From an uncultured virus (IMG/VR IMGVR_UViG_3300038415_000352) (lineage: Duplodnaviria; Heunggongvirae; Uroviricota; Caudoviricetes): 64,000 nucleotides of DNA. Positions 37,749 through 48,006 of the stretch are shown one piece after another. Made by a program: the position numbers and the translations under genes. Numbering within the stretch: position 1 is the first letter of the stretch; each line of letters opens with the position of its first letter. The stretch lies in the IMG/VR virus record IMGVR_UViG_3300038415_000352. One strand, 5' to 3'. The notes beneath the pieces are model-generated. The model worked only from the letters and a program-made list of their open reading frames with translations, did no database searches and was not told the DNA's origin.

Positions 37749-38567
37749 ATGACGCCCGAGAAGAACCCGTGGGACGCCGAGACGGTCTACGCCCTCCTCC
37801 AGCACGTCGACGAAGCGACCTACGTACGCGGAATCTTCTCTACGAAGGAGAAGGCCCAACGCGCGCAGAACGACCTGACGGGGGAGTCGAAGTACGAGGA
37901 CGACCTGATTCAGAAGCGCCTCCCGAGCCGTCGGGCCCTCGTCCGGGAGGCGGGCGTTCCTCGGAAGGACGGGAACTACCCCGAGACCCTTAGCTCGATT
38001 ATCCACGGGGCCCTGCAAGTCCTCGCCCTACGCGGGGACGTCGTTACGGTCGAGACGGAGTACCATCGGTTCTGGGCGGTTCGAACGCCCCGTACCGAGG
38101 CGGCGGTCGCCGAACTCGAGAAGAGGAATAAGTGGGACCGCTGGCGCGACCGTATCCTAGGGTTCCCGAAGGAGCGTCCGGTCTTTACGTCCGAGGTCCT
38201 TCGGGGATGGACCGACGAGGAGGAGCGCGTAAAGGCGGCGCACCGGGCGAAAATCGAGGCGCTCTCGACGCGGGCCGAGGAGTCTCTACGAGGCCGGCTC
38301 GGCGCCGAGTGGGTCTCGGAGTGGACGATTCGTGACTTCCTGACGCACCGGGAGGTACGGTTCGGTCCGATTCACTACTGGACGTGGGACCCCTCTATCG
38401 ACCACGACGATACGCGGGAGGCGGTCGACCTCTGCCTCGAGAAGGGGACGGTCCTACGGGCCGTAGACTTCCCGACGAAGGGGAACGTCCTACTCGCTTA
38501 CAAGAACCCCGAGTCCGAGGCGGCGCTCGCGGCGTGGAAGGAACGGGCTACGAAGGGGGCGGCGTAG
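37749..38567 (+). CDS. hypothetical protein
   Basis: Leaderless ATG after ATATACTAGG; N-terminal VYAL...GIFSTKEKA phage-like motif. Confidence 0.75.
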   Translation: MTPEKNPWDAETVYALLQHVDEATYVRGIFSTKEKAQRAQNDLTGESKYEDDLIQKRLPSRRALVREAGVPRKDGNYPETLSSIIHGALQVLALRGDVVTVETEYHRFWAVRTPRTEAAVAELEKRNKWDRWRDRILGFPKERPVFTSEVLRGWTDEEERVKAAHRAKIEALSTRAEESLRGRLGAEWVSEWTIRDFLTHREVRFGPIHYWTWDPSIDHDDTREAVDLCLEKGTVLRAVDFPTKGNVLLAYKNPESEAALAAWKERATKGAA

Positions 38568-39736
38568 ATGGCCGTCGAGACCGTCTCCGAATACCTCGAA
38601 CGTCTCGACCCGCAGACGGGAGGCGCCTTTGGCGGGCTCGGTCGACCGACCGAGTACCGGGACGCGAAGGGGTTCCCGGTCTACCCCGCCGGCGGCGAGG
38701 GCGGCTTTCCGGTAGCGTGGTGGGGGTCTACGCTCCAGACCCGCGATACAACGATTTGCTCCCTTACGCCCGAGGAACTCGGATGCGACCCCGGGGAGCG
38801 TCTAGACCCGGACGAGCGATGGGCGATGGAACTCGCGCAGGAGGTAGAGTAGATGGCGCGGAAGGTCTATACGACCGAGGCGAAGCTCCGAGGGTCTATC
38901 TCGATAGACGGAGTAGTCTTCGACGAGGGGAAGGTCCTCTCCCGGGCCTACCGTACGTCCGGCCCGGAGGGTCAGACGTGGGTCAAGCATAAGCTCGTCC
39001 TCCCGGGAAAGACCCACGTATTCCGTATCGTTATCGACGAGAAGGCCGAGGAACTCCTCTCCGAAATTATGGTCGACGTCATCGAACGCGCGATGCTTAA
39101 CGGCCGACGAAAGCGGGTGGTGAAGTAGATGCCGACCGAGGTCTTCGGCTTCTCCGTTTTCGTTCGCGCCGTTAGCAAAGAGGCCGCCGAGGAGGAGCTA
39201 GAGCATCTCCTCGACCAAGCCGGCTACTCCGAGAACGTCCACGGCTACGAACTCGGCGGACCTATCGACGCGAAGAAAGAACAGGACCGGATGAAGGAGT
39301 AGGCGATGTGCGTTCGGTGCGCCTCCTATAAGCCCTGTAAGTGCCCCTGCGGGTACGCCCGTAAGTGCGCTCCCGGTCACGGGCCCCGGGGCGCCCGCCT
39401 CTGCGGGAAGTGTACGCACTACGTTCGGAGGCCCGAACCATGACGCTCCGCGCCGAGTCGAGTCCGTTAGATACCGTAGTCCCACCACCTACGGTACCCC
39501 ACTCCGGTTCGGCGTCATCGCGCGACAACGGGTCGCGAGAACCCTCCGCTAGAATAGGCGCGGAGATAGGAGGGACCCGTTCGGGGCCGGCTTCGGCCGG
39601 CCCCGTTAACCTCCCGGGCCTTCTTCCCTGCTCGGAGTGGGTCCGGTGCCGGTACTGCGGCCGGTCGCTCCCGAACTCGCACCAACGGAAGGCGCACGAA
39701 CGGGTCGAAGAGCGGCGCCTAGGTAAAATACCGTAA
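38568..39736 (+). CDS. five coupled small ORFs: 38568-38852, 38853-39128, 39129-39302, 39306-39443 (Cys-rich), 39440-39736 (C2H2-like)
   Basis: TAGATG/ATGA coupling and consistent codon style. Confidence 0.6.
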
Positions 39737-39788
39737 GTCTCGTCGCTCGCCGTAACGTTACTTATACTAGGCTCGTTATAATCCCGCC

Positions 39789-40187
39789 GTGCGTGGAGTA
39801 GATACCGGTCGTCTCGTCACCCTCTACGAAGGGGGTTCTCCGCCGTCGGACCTCGCTCTCCAGTTTAAGGTCTCGCAGGATACCGTTAAGCGGCTCCTCC
39901 GGAAGAACGGCGTATCGATTCGCCCGCAGGGCCGGCCGGTCGGCTGGCGGAAGCTCGACTCGAAGGAAATCGAGCGCCGGAAGCGAATCGCCCTTCGGTC
40001 GAATACGTGGGAGCGGTACCGGAAGAAGGCGGGTCTCCCGGCGAAGTACAACGCCCGTCTCGACCGGCGTTACGGGGTCCGTCTCGCCTGCTTCCTCTGT
40101 AAGACGAAGGTCTCGACCGAGACCGGCCGGATTAACGGGTACCGCCGACAGCTCTGCCGAAGGTGCTTCCGGAGGCTACCGAAGTGA
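39789..40187 (+). CDS. HTH plus zinc-ribbon protein
   Basis: LYEGG.....LA.QF.VS..TV.R.L...GV.IR; CFLC, CRRC. Confidence 0.7.
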   Translation: MRGVDTGRLVTLYEGGSPPSDLALQFKVSQDTVKRLLRKNGVSIRPQGRPVGWRKLDSKEIERRKRIALRSNTWERYRKKAGLPAKYNARLDRRYGVRLACFLCKTKVSTETGRINGYRRQLCRRCFRRLPK

Positions 40188-41092
40188 GCGCCGGCCGTTC
40201 CCTCCTCGGCGGGGAGAACGACCGTTGCGCGGCCTGCGGTTCTCCTCTTGCCTCGGCGAACGGGGAACGCTATTGCTCGTCCTGCGGAATCGTCGCGGAA
40301 GACCAGCCTATCGAGTCGGAGTACGCGAACCCGAGCGCCGTCCCGCTCTCGCTCGCCGCTACGCACGAAGCGGCTCCTATCCGGACGACGAAGACGAGCA
40401 AGATATCGCCGAGGGACTACGCGGGGAGGCGGGTCGAGAGCTACCGTTCGTTCCTGCGGCTCTTCGAAGAGGAGAAGCGCCAGCTTAGGACGAACCGGGC
40501 GTTCGCCTATATCCCGGTAATCTACCGGATTACGGGACTGATGGGCCTCCCGCGGTATATCGCGGTACGCGCGGTCGTCCTCGAGCGGGAGATGTTCCGG
40601 CGAAGACTCGCACGGGGGTACCCGGTCGACGCGAGCGCGGCCGTCGCGATTATGCTTGCCGCCCGGGAACAGGGAATCGTCTTCTCGTTCCACGACCTAG
40701 GCGATAGGGCCGACGAGAACTGGCGTCGAATCGCGAGCCTCTACCGAAAGGTACGGCGGGAACTCCTCGTCGATGCGAAGATACCGACCGCCGAGGACTA
40801 TATCCGAAAGGCGGCGTTCGAGCTAGAGGTCTCCGGCGTCCTCCGGGATGAGGCTATCGCGCTCGCGAAGGAGCTGACGGAGAACGCGCCTACGGGCGCC
40901 GGTCCCGTATCGGTAGCGGCGGCGATGGCGTGGAGGGTCTGGAGTCGTCCTCTCGCGCTTACGAAGAGCCGGCTCGCGAAGGTCTTCGGGATAACGGAGG
41001 TCTCGGTCCGTTCGGCGCTCCACGTCTACTTCCCTGACGAAATCGGGGAGGCGCCCTCGGTACGCGCGAGGCGACGGGCGAGCCGGGGATGA
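40184..41092 (+). CDS. tfb: transcription initiation factor IIB (TFB)-like protein
   Basis: N-terminal Zn ribbon CAACG...YCSSCGIV; two cyclin repeats; LAKVFGITEVSVR. Confidence 0.85.
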   Translation: MSAGRSLLGGENDRCAACGSPLASANGERYCSSCGIVAEDQPIESEYANPSAVPLSLAATHEAAPIRTTKTSKISPRDYAGRRVESYRSFLRLFEEEKRQLRTNRAFAYIPVIYRITGLMGLPRYIAVRAVVLEREMFRRRLARGYPVDASAAVAIMLAAREQGIVFSFHDLGDRADENWRRIASLYRKVRRELLVDAKIPTAEDYIRKAAFELEVSGVLRDEAIALAKELTENAPTGAGPVSVAAAMAWRVWSRPLALTKSRLAKVFGITEVSVRSALHVYFPDEIGEAPSVRARRRASRG

Positions 41093-41685
41093 GCGATAAC
41101 CCCGAAGGTATCGGCCTCCTAGCGGTCGCTAACGCGGCTCCCCGCGGTCGAGCGGTCCTCTACTCGTACTACCCTATCGATACCGCCGAGGAGGTCGCCC
41201 TCCTGAAGCTAATCGAAGCGTCGGACCTTCACGTCGACGTGGTCGACCGTCGGGTCGGGACCCCGATCGACCATCCCTCGTGGAACGAGGCTATCGAGGC
41301 GGCGCGGTCTTCCCGGGCGACCGTAATACTCCTCCCGAACGATTCGTCGCTCGGGCCGGTCTCCTACTCGGGTCTCCTAGAGGACGTACTCCCGAAGCTC
41401 GAGACGGAGAAGCTCCGTATGCGAGCCGTACCTCCGGGTATCTTCGATTCGGCCGACCCGAAGTTCGTCGGAGCGGTAACTTGGGCCGCGGAGAGCGTCG
41501 TCCGGTTCCGGGAGTCGAAACGGAAGAAGAAGTACGCGCCCTGTATGTGCGGGCACCGGGTCACGAAGCCGGGGGGCGAGGGTCATAACCTAATCGCGGG
41601 GGAGATAGGCCCTTGCCGGAAGACCTCCTGCGGCTGCTCTATCTACCGCCCGAAGGACCTGCGTCTAATGGGGAAGGGGCGGTAG
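41089..41685 (+). CDS. degenerate serine-recombinase-fold protein with C-terminal Cys cluster
   Basis: Resolvase-like spacing but YxRVS replaced by YSYYP. Confidence 0.35.
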   Translation: MSDNPEGIGLLAVANAAPRGRAVLYSYYPIDTAEEVALLKLIEASDLHVDVVDRRVGTPIDHPSWNEAIEAARSSRATVILLPNDSSLGPVSYSGLLEDVLPKLETEKLRMRAVPPGIFDSADPKFVGAVTWAAESVVRFRESKRKKKYAPCMCGHRVTKPGGEGHNLIAGEIGPCRKTSCGCSIYRPKDLRLMGKGR

Positions 41686-41827
41686 GTACGGACTACGGTA
41701 CGCTGCTCGGGTTCGTGGAACTCGTAGCCCTTTGGTTCGCCGCGGGATGGCTAATCGGGAAGGTAGCCCTCGCTCTACTCCGCCCGTGGAATCGGGGCTG
41801 TCGGAAGTGGGTCTACTAGGTAAGGGG

Positions 41828-41920
41828 CGGTAGACCGGAGGCCGGTAGACCGGCGTCTCTAATACGTAATAGAGGCGGCGGTAGACCGGCCGCCGCTCTC
41901 TTCCGGTCGGTCGGGCTAGC
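41828..41920 (+). repeat. about 93-bp direct repeat, copy 2
   Basis: Matches 11488-11581; abuts the recombinase stop codon. Confidence 0.9.
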
Positions 41921-42968
41921 CGTCGCCGGCCGGGCCGGTCGTATCCTTCGGCCGGAATAGGTTCTCGCTCGCTTTCCGAACGGCGTTCGCTACGTCGGCG
42001 TCGACGACCCGGGTATAGATTTGGGTCGTCGCGACCGAGGCGTGGCCGAGCGTCGTCTGGATAGCGCGGAGGTTCGCGCCTCCCCGCAGGAGCGAGGCGG
42101 CGTACGAGTGCCTTAGCTGATGTGGCGTAAGGGTCGCGGCGAGGTTCGATTCCCGTCCCTCGCGTTTCCGGGTAAGGTCGATGAGCTCGGCGACCTCCGT
42201 AAGGATTCGTTCGACCCGTCGAGCCTCGATAGGGAAGAGCGGGTCGAGGTACTTAATCTCGGGATGCTCGGCGAGGTAGGCGTCGATAGCTCCGAAGACG
42301 ACCTCGGGCCGGAGAAGGAACGCCCGCCGGTCCTTATCCTCCTTCCCGGATTTGACGAAGAGCGCCCCCTCGTCGCGGAGGAGGGACTCTCTCGTAAGGG
42401 AGATGACCTCGGAGAGTCGGAGCCCCCCGTACGCGAGTACCTTTAGGAGCGCCCCGTCCCGTACGCCCTTCCGGGTCAGCTCGGCGAACGTAACGAGGTC
42501 CTCGACGTCTTCGGACGAGAGGACTACCGGGTCGTGTTGCCCCGGAGCGAACCGGGGAATCTCCTTCGGGGGGACTACGATATCGAGCGCCCGGAAGAGT
42601 GCGAGGACTGCGGTCGAGTACGTCTTTAGGGAACCGTTCGGGTCGCGCTTCGCGTCGGGGTTCTTCTCATGGAATCGAGCCGAGTACGCGACGAGGAAGC
42701 CGACGAGTTCCTCGGACCCCGCCCGTTCGACCGGTACGCCGAGGCTTTCGCAGTAATCGATGAACCGACGGGCGACGCTCCGGTAGTTCCGCTTCGTCCG
42801 CTCTGACTTCCCGAGGAGCGACCGCTCGAGAATCGCGAGGGCGTCGGGCCTAGGCTCTGAGGGAGCGTTCCCGGAGGGTCTGGGGGTCGGGGACGGGGCT
42901 CCGGACGAGCCGGCATCGCTGGACAGAGGGGTATCAGATTGTTTAGAGGCCGATTCGGGCGCTCCCAT
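41916..42968 (-). CDS. XerC/D-type tyrosine recombinase (integrase)
   Basis: GLRLSE, GKEDKDR, TPHQLRHSYA, LGHAS..TTQIYT. Confidence 0.95.
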   Translation of the reverse strand: MGAPESASKQSDTPLSSDAGSSGAPSPTPRPSGNAPSEPRPDALAILERSLLGKSERTKRNYRSVARRFIDYCESLGVPVERAGSEELVGFLVAYSARFHEKNPDAKRDPNGSLKTYSTAVLALFRALDIVVPPKEIPRFAPGQHDPVVLSSEDVEDLVTFAELTRKGVRDGALLKVLAYGGLRLSEVISLTRESLLRDEGALFVKSGKEDKDRRAFLLRPEVVFGAIDAYLAEHPEIKYLDPLFPIEARRVERILTEVAELIDLTRKREGRESNLAATLTPHQLRHSYAASLLRGGANLRAIQTTLGHASVATTQIYTRVVDADVANAVRKASENLFRPKDTTGPAGDG

Positions 42969-43036
42969 CGGTCTCCCCGAGGTCCTCGCACCCTAAAAGG
43001 ACGTCTTTCGGTTGGAATCCGTATTGGATTCAGTCG

Positions 43037-43064
43037 GGGAAGTGTAAGGTAACTTACTTTTTAG
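43037..43064. other. dif/attP-like 11-6-11 recombination site candidate
   Basis: GGGAAGTGTAA-GGTAAC-TTACTTTTTAG just upstream of the recombinase. Confidence 0.4.
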
Positions 43065-43148
43065 TTCGTCGAACCATCTACGTGCGCGCGTTCTCGCTTC
43101 GGTAGGTTTAAGCCTAACGCCGTGGCACCGAACAATCGCGGTTCCCGA

Positions 43149-43538
43149 TTAACTAGCAGAGGCGCGCCGTCTCTTCCCCCGGTGGGTCCAACGATACGGG
43201 AGGGGAGGGCGGACGCGCTCCTCGGCCTCGCGGATGGCCGCGGCCCTCCTCCGACCCGCCGGAGTATTCGCGAGACCGAGCCGGTCCGGCTGGCCCTTAT
43301 CGCGAACGAACTTGAGAGCGGGCTCGCCCTTCTCGAGGTCGTTACGGACGAACTCGATTACGTCGGCGGGGGAGACTAGCTCGGCCCGCGGACTTACCCT
43401 CGCGTCGCTCGGGCGGTTCGGGTTGATGAAGAAGAATCGGTTCCCCCCTCGGTAACAGAGAATCCCGTACTTCGCTACCGTCTCGAGGAACTCTCTCTCG
43501 GTTATCGTCTCTCGGTACTCGCGGGGTATAGCACTCAT
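43149..43538 (-). CDS. hypothetical protein
   Basis: Leaderless ATG 19 nt after TTATACTAGG on the minus strand. Confidence 0.7.
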   Translation of the reverse strand: MSAIPREYRETITEREFLETVAKYGILCYRGGNRFFFINPNRPSDARVSPRAELVSPADVIEFVRNDLEKGEPALKFVRDKGQPDRLGLANTPAGRRRAAAIREAEERVRPPLPYRWTHRGKRRRASAS

Positions 43539-43634
43539 CGTCTCCTCCGAAGCCGTCCCTAGTATAAACGGGAAATCGTTCGAAGAGCGCTACCGGCGCT
43601 TAACTTATTTAGCCTAGGAGGGCCTACCCGGTTC

Positions 43635-44531
43635 GTGCCGAACTGGCCTTCCCTACCGCTGGAGAACAAGCGAGAGTACGTCCAGAAGATTGTAGGGCTC
43701 GCCTCGCCCCTACCCGGAGGCTCGAAGATAGACGCCCCCCGGGTCGCCGAGTACCTACGGGCTCGGACGGAGGGGACGTCCCTCGTCGAGTTTACCGAGA
43801 CGGAGCGTCGTATCCTCCGGGTCGTCGTCGACCATCGGGCGAAGCTGACGTTTAAGGCCCCGAAGGGCGAAGCGCCGGCTCCGGAGGAAGCGCCGTCCCC
43901 GCCGGCGGGTCCCGCCGAGGTCGAGCCGGTAGCTCCGTCGGCCGAGTCCCTCGTAACGGTCGAAGCGCCCGAGGCGCCGACCCCGTTAGAGGAAGGTATC
44001 GCCGTACCGGAGGAGGAACCTCCCGTTCCCGATTCATCGCGCCCTACGCCCTCAGCGGACGTACCGGGTCCTCAACCGCCGCCCTATAACGAGCAGGGGC
44101 AACCCGAAGGAGAGGATACGGGACCCCACCCGACGGACGAGGCGCCGATTATCCCCGTCGTAGGGGAAGCGCCCCCTCCGCCGGCCTCGCCGTCCGACTC
44201 CGAACTCTTCGCGAATACCGGTCTCTACGGCCCGGTCCCGCATATCGTCCGTCCGCTCCATACTTGGTCGGGGGTTACCCGCGACGCGGAGAAGCTCGAG
44301 CTAGAGGAGGAGGACGACGGGCATATCCGCCGGCCTATCCCCGAGAAGCTGAAGATAGAAGGGCTGACCGACGAGGAGCTAGTTCGCCTTATCCTCGATA
44401 CCTCGAGGGAGGACCGGGAGGCGCTCCGTAAGCGGACGGCCCGGGTCGCTACGCAGGCCGAGCGAATCGCGAGTATCCTCGATATCGTCGATATCTTCGT
44501 AGACCTTCGGCGGGCCCCGAAGGGACCCTAG
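43635..44531 (+). CDS. Pro/Glu-rich hypothetical protein
   Basis: GTG after TTATTTA box; low-complexity linker. Confidence 0.7.
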   Translation: MPNWPSLPLENKREYVQKIVGLASPLPGGSKIDAPRVAEYLRARTEGTSLVEFTETERRILRVVVDHRAKLTFKAPKGEAPAPEEAPSPPAGPAEVEPVAPSAESLVTVEAPEAPTPLEEGIAVPEEEPPVPDSSRPTPSADVPGPQPPPYNEQGQPEGEDTGPHPTDEAPIIPVVGEAPPPPASPSDSELFANTGLYGPVPHIVRPLHTWSGVTRDAEKLELEEEDDGHIRRPIPEKLKIEGLTDEELVRLILDTSREDREALRKRTARVATQAERIASILDIVDIFVDLRRAPKGP

Positions 44532-44540
44532 GAGCTAACG

Positions 44541-45134
44541 ATGTCCGAAGTGAACGTATCGCACTTTATCGCCCTCAAGCGAGAGGACCGCCGGGTCTTC
44601 GACCGCCTTACGGAGATATTCGGCGGGAAGGCCATCGCCGTCGAACGGTCCCTCGAGTGGGCGATTAAGAAGGGCGTTCCGAACGACCCGACGTTCCCTT
44701 CGTTCCCGCAAATCCACGTACACCTCTCGCGGAACTACCGGGCGGAATACGAGCCGAGCCATCTCGCGAATATGCTCCACTCGGCGCTCCGGGCGTTCTG
44801 GGCGCGGTACGCCGACGGCTATACCGAGCCCCCCGACGTCTGGTTCTGGGCGGTCGACCTTCCGAAGAGCCTTATCGACTCGACTGCGACCCGGGCGTTC
44901 GAAGCGGGGAAGGACCCGAACGTCGAGAACTTCGAGGTCCTCCGTCTCGCCCTCGAGCGGGTTCGCGAGACGCTCCCGAAGGAGACGTCCGTCCCGGTCG
45001 ATATCCCGACCGATAAGGCGACGCGGCTCCTCTTCGCCGAGGTCCAAGCGGAGTGCGATAAGCTCCACCTCGATGTCGATACGCTCCTCATCTCAGCGTT
45101 CGAGGCCGAGGAAAAGAAGCGGAGGCCGGCGTAG
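44541..45134 (+). CDS. hypothetical protein
   Basis: AGGAG SD; TAGATG coupling. Confidence 0.7.
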   Translation: MSEVNVSHFIALKREDRRVFDRLTEIFGGKAIAVERSLEWAIKKGVPNDPTFPSFPQIHVHLSRNYRAEYEPSHLANMLHSALRAFWARYADGYTEPPDVWFWAVDLPKSLIDSTATRAFEAGKDPNVENFEVLRLALERVRETLPKETSVPVDIPTDKATRLLFAEVQAECDKLHLDVDTLLISAFEAEEKKRRPA

Positions 45135-46172
45135 ATGCTCCGGGAAGCCGCGCTCGCCTTCGCCCTCGTTATCCTAATCGCCGTCCCGACAGCGACGGCG
45201 GCGCCAGCGGCCGGTCCTCCGCCGTGGAAAATCGTCGTCGCGGACCAGAACGTCTCGCTCGGTACTCCGATTACGTTCTTCGTCTACGGGCCGCTCAACG
45301 GGACGTTCAACGTTACGCTAACCCCGCTCTTCTTCAATACTACGGTCCCGGTCTTTTTCCATACCTATACGATGCCGAACGGGACCGCGACGAATAAGTC
45401 GAACCCGTCGATGCTCGTTTCGATACCGACCCGCGCCCTGACCTACGGCGGTTACCAGCTCGTCGTCACGAACCTTACTCTCCATATCGGCGTCGGGACC
45501 GAGACGTTCTACATGGTCTCCGCGCAGAACGATACCGTACTCGCCGAGGAACTCACGACCGTCTGGGAAGAGATTAACATTACTTCCCTCCGCGAGTTAA
45601 GCCTCCTCTACGAGCAGACGCAACTCGAGTATCAGGTCGAGGAGCTATTCTGGGTCTGCGTCGCCGAGTTTATCGTCTTCGCATTCCTCGTCGTCGTAAC
45701 TCGGACCGGAGCGGCGAACCGTCGTTGGGGCCGGGTTATCCGTCGCTGGGGCCACGACCTAATCTACGGTAGGACGGACTCCGACCCGTGGGCCGGCGGC
45801 GAGCCTCCGAACCCGGTCCCGCAACCGGATATCCGGAGGGTCTGGAAGTCGAAGCTCTTCCCCGAGTGCGATACCTGCGTAACCCCGACGTCCTACGAGG
45901 AGAAGGTCCTCCATCTCCGGCAGGACCACCGGGTCCCGCACCCGAAGGTTCCCCGCGACCTCTACAAGAGTATCCCCGACGTAAAGCTCGCGATGTCGAA
46001 GCTCGATAAGCAGGAGCCGGCTCCGGCGAAGCTCGAGGACGCGCTCGACGAGATTCCCGGCGACGCCTTCGAGGACCTCGAGAAGAACGTCCCGAGGACG
46101 GCCTTAAGCCCTCCGAAGCGCTTCTCGTTCCGTAAGGCGTCGGCAACGAGCCCGGATATTGAGGTACCGTAA
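45135..46172 (+). CDS. type I membrane protein (signal peptide, NxT-rich ectodomain, TM, cytoplasmic Zn finger)
   Basis: Hydrophobic N-terminus, multiple NxS/T sequons, CDTC...HLRQDH. Confidence 0.8.
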   Translation: MLREAALAFALVILIAVPTATAAPAAGPPPWKIVVADQNVSLGTPITFFVYGPLNGTFNVTLTPLFFNTTVPVFFHTYTMPNGTATNKSNPSMLVSIPTRALTYGGYQLVVTNLTLHIGVGTETFYMVSAQNDTVLAEELTTVWEEINITSLRELSLLYEQTQLEYQVEELFWVCVAEFIVFAFLVVVTRTGAANRRWGRVIRRWGHDLIYGRTDSDPWAGGEPPNPVPQPDIRRVWKSKLFPECDTCVTPTSYEEKVLHLRQDHRVPHPKVPRDLYKSIPDVKLAMSKLDKQEPAPAKLEDALDEIPGDAFEDLEKNVPRTALSPPKRFSFRKASATSPDIEVP

Positions 46173-46174
46173 CG

Positions 46175-47296
46175 ATGGCGAATAAGCAACCGCGCCCGTA
46201 CTACGAGCGCTTCCGGTCGGACGTGGTCGGAATCTACTTCGGCCTCGCGATTATGGTCCTCGGCTACTTCCTCTTCTCGAACTACACGCAGGGCTGGACG
46301 TGGTCGCTCGGGAGCCCTTCTATCTGGCTCCTGATAGGCTGGTCTGTCCTCGCGGGCGGGGCGGTAACGTGGGGCTTTATCGCCGGCTTCCGCCAGCGGA
46401 CGCGGAAGGTCGCGGCGGGGAACCACCTCTTCGAGCTATCGCATCCGAAGCCGATTAAGGTCACGACGCACCACCACCAGATTAACCCGGACGTTCTGAC
46501 GCAGGTCCTCCCCGAATCCTATAAGGACGATATCGAGCAGGCGCTCGCCGTTCCTCCCGGAACGGACGGGAAGGGCTTCGACGTCCCGCTCGAGATACTC
46601 GAACCGGGCGGGGTCGACGCCTTCGGCTTCCACTCGCTCGAGGGCGGAGGACAGGGGTATATCCTGACCCGCGGGAAGACGCAGACCATCGACCTCGGCG
46701 TTATCACGATTATCCCGCATACGCTCGAGCCCGTCGACCATACGAAGGTCCCGGCCGAGGTCATTACCTACCTCGAGCAGACCCGTTCGAACTTTAAGCG
46801 GAACTCCTCGCCTATCTACGAGGTCGGTCCGCTCGACTCCGGGATGGAGGAATGGCTCGGGAAGTCGCAATCGGCGCAGTCCTCGGTCCTCCGGCAGATA
46901 GGGTTCGAGGGCCTCGCTGAGATGTTCGTCGACCGTCTCGAGAACCTCCTCTTTACTTCGAATAACTCCCCGAAGCTACGGGCCGCGTGGAACAACGACG
47001 CGAAGGCCGCGCTCGCGAAGGCGTTCGCCGAATGGCTGAAGGCGCAACCGGCGCTCGCCGTCGCGATGGGGAACGGCGAGGCGGGGAAGGACTTCTGGCG
47101 CTCGTACGCTCTCTCCCTCCTCTCCGAGCTGAACCGCTCGAACGCGAGCCTCGAACTCAAGCAGGATACTATCTACGAGCACGACCGGCACGAGTACAAC
47201 GTAGCGAAGAAGCGGAACCGTATCGTCGGCGCCCCGCCGGCGACGAGCCCCGTCTACGACCTCGCGAGCCGGCCGCCCTCGGAGTATAACGTCTAG
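46175..47296 (+). CDS. membrane protein with two N-terminal TM helices
   Basis: Hydropathy pattern. Confidence 0.8.
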   Translation: MANKQPRPYYERFRSDVVGIYFGLAIMVLGYFLFSNYTQGWTWSLGSPSIWLLIGWSVLAGGAVTWGFIAGFRQRTRKVAAGNHLFELSHPKPIKVTTHHHQINPDVLTQVLPESYKDDIEQALAVPPGTDGKGFDVPLEILEPGGVDAFGFHSLEGGGQGYILTRGKTQTIDLGVITIIPHTLEPVDHTKVPAEVITYLEQTRSNFKRNSSPIYEVGPLDSGMEEWLGKSQSAQSSVLRQIGFEGLAEMFVDRLENLLFTSNNSPKLRAAWNNDAKAALAKAFAEWLKAQPALAVAMGNGEAGKDFWRSYALSLLSELNRSNASLELKQDTIYEHDRHEYNVAKKRNRIVGAPPATSPVYDLASRPPSEYNV

Positions 47297-47304
47297 GAGG
47301 GACG

Positions 47305-48003
47305 ATGCCCGATTCCTCCGTAAACGCCCTCGTTCCGGGGACGACCCGGGACGAGCATACGGCCCCGGTCCTCCGGGAAATCGGGGAGCTAATCATGCTC
47401 GAGCGGTCGCTCGGGACCTGCAAGAATAACGAGGAACGGTACAACGTCCTCGTTACTATCGTCGAGCGGGAGCTACCGTACGCCCTCGAGGTCCCGCCGC
47501 CGGCGAAGAAGGGGACCGCCGAGTACGCCCGTTGGGAGAAGGATATGGCGGCGATGGAGAAGGTCCTCGTCGACTTTACGAACCTTCCCGCCCCGTCGAT
47601 GCCGACGCCGTACGCGAACCCGCTCCGCGGCGGGGAGGATACGGCCTACCAGTACCTTCTCCCCGGCGGGCGGAACCTCGGGACTATCGAGGCGGAGCAT
47701 ACCCCGTACGTCCTTCCGACGATTCTCCGGCCCGAGACGGAGAAGGCGTACCACCGTGCGATGATTCCCGTCCGTCGGATGAAGATAGCGATTCGCCGGG
47801 TCCTCAAGCGCTACGGAATCTGGACCGAGAATACCGAGGTCGCCCTCCGGCTATCGGACTGGTCGGACGAGCACGGCCGGCAGAAGATTACCGGCGCGTA
47901 CGTCCCGCCGTCGGAAGGTGATAGCGGACCGAGCGAGGAGGTCGGGGAAATCGAGGACGAGGAAGCCGAGGAGGGGCTCGGGTTCATGGACCCCGAGCTT
48001 TAG
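47305..48003 (+). CDS. hypothetical protein with acidic tail
   Basis: GGAGG SD; same operon as the ATPase. Confidence 0.75.
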   Translation: MPDSSVNALVPGTTRDEHTAPVLREIGELIMLERSLGTCKNNEERYNVLVTIVERELPYALEVPPPAKKGTAEYARWEKDMAAMEKVLVDFTNLPAPSMPTPYANPLRGGEDTAYQYLLPGGRNLGTIEAEHTPYVLPTILRPETEKAYHRAMIPVRRMKIAIRRVLKRYGIWTENTEVALRLSDWSDEHGRQKITGAYVPPSEGDSGPSEEVGEIEDEEAEEGLGFMDPEL

Positions 48004-48006
48004 GGG

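Noticed and set aside
41089..41685. Active serine recombinase
   Set aside because: The catalytic YxRVS serine motif is missing.
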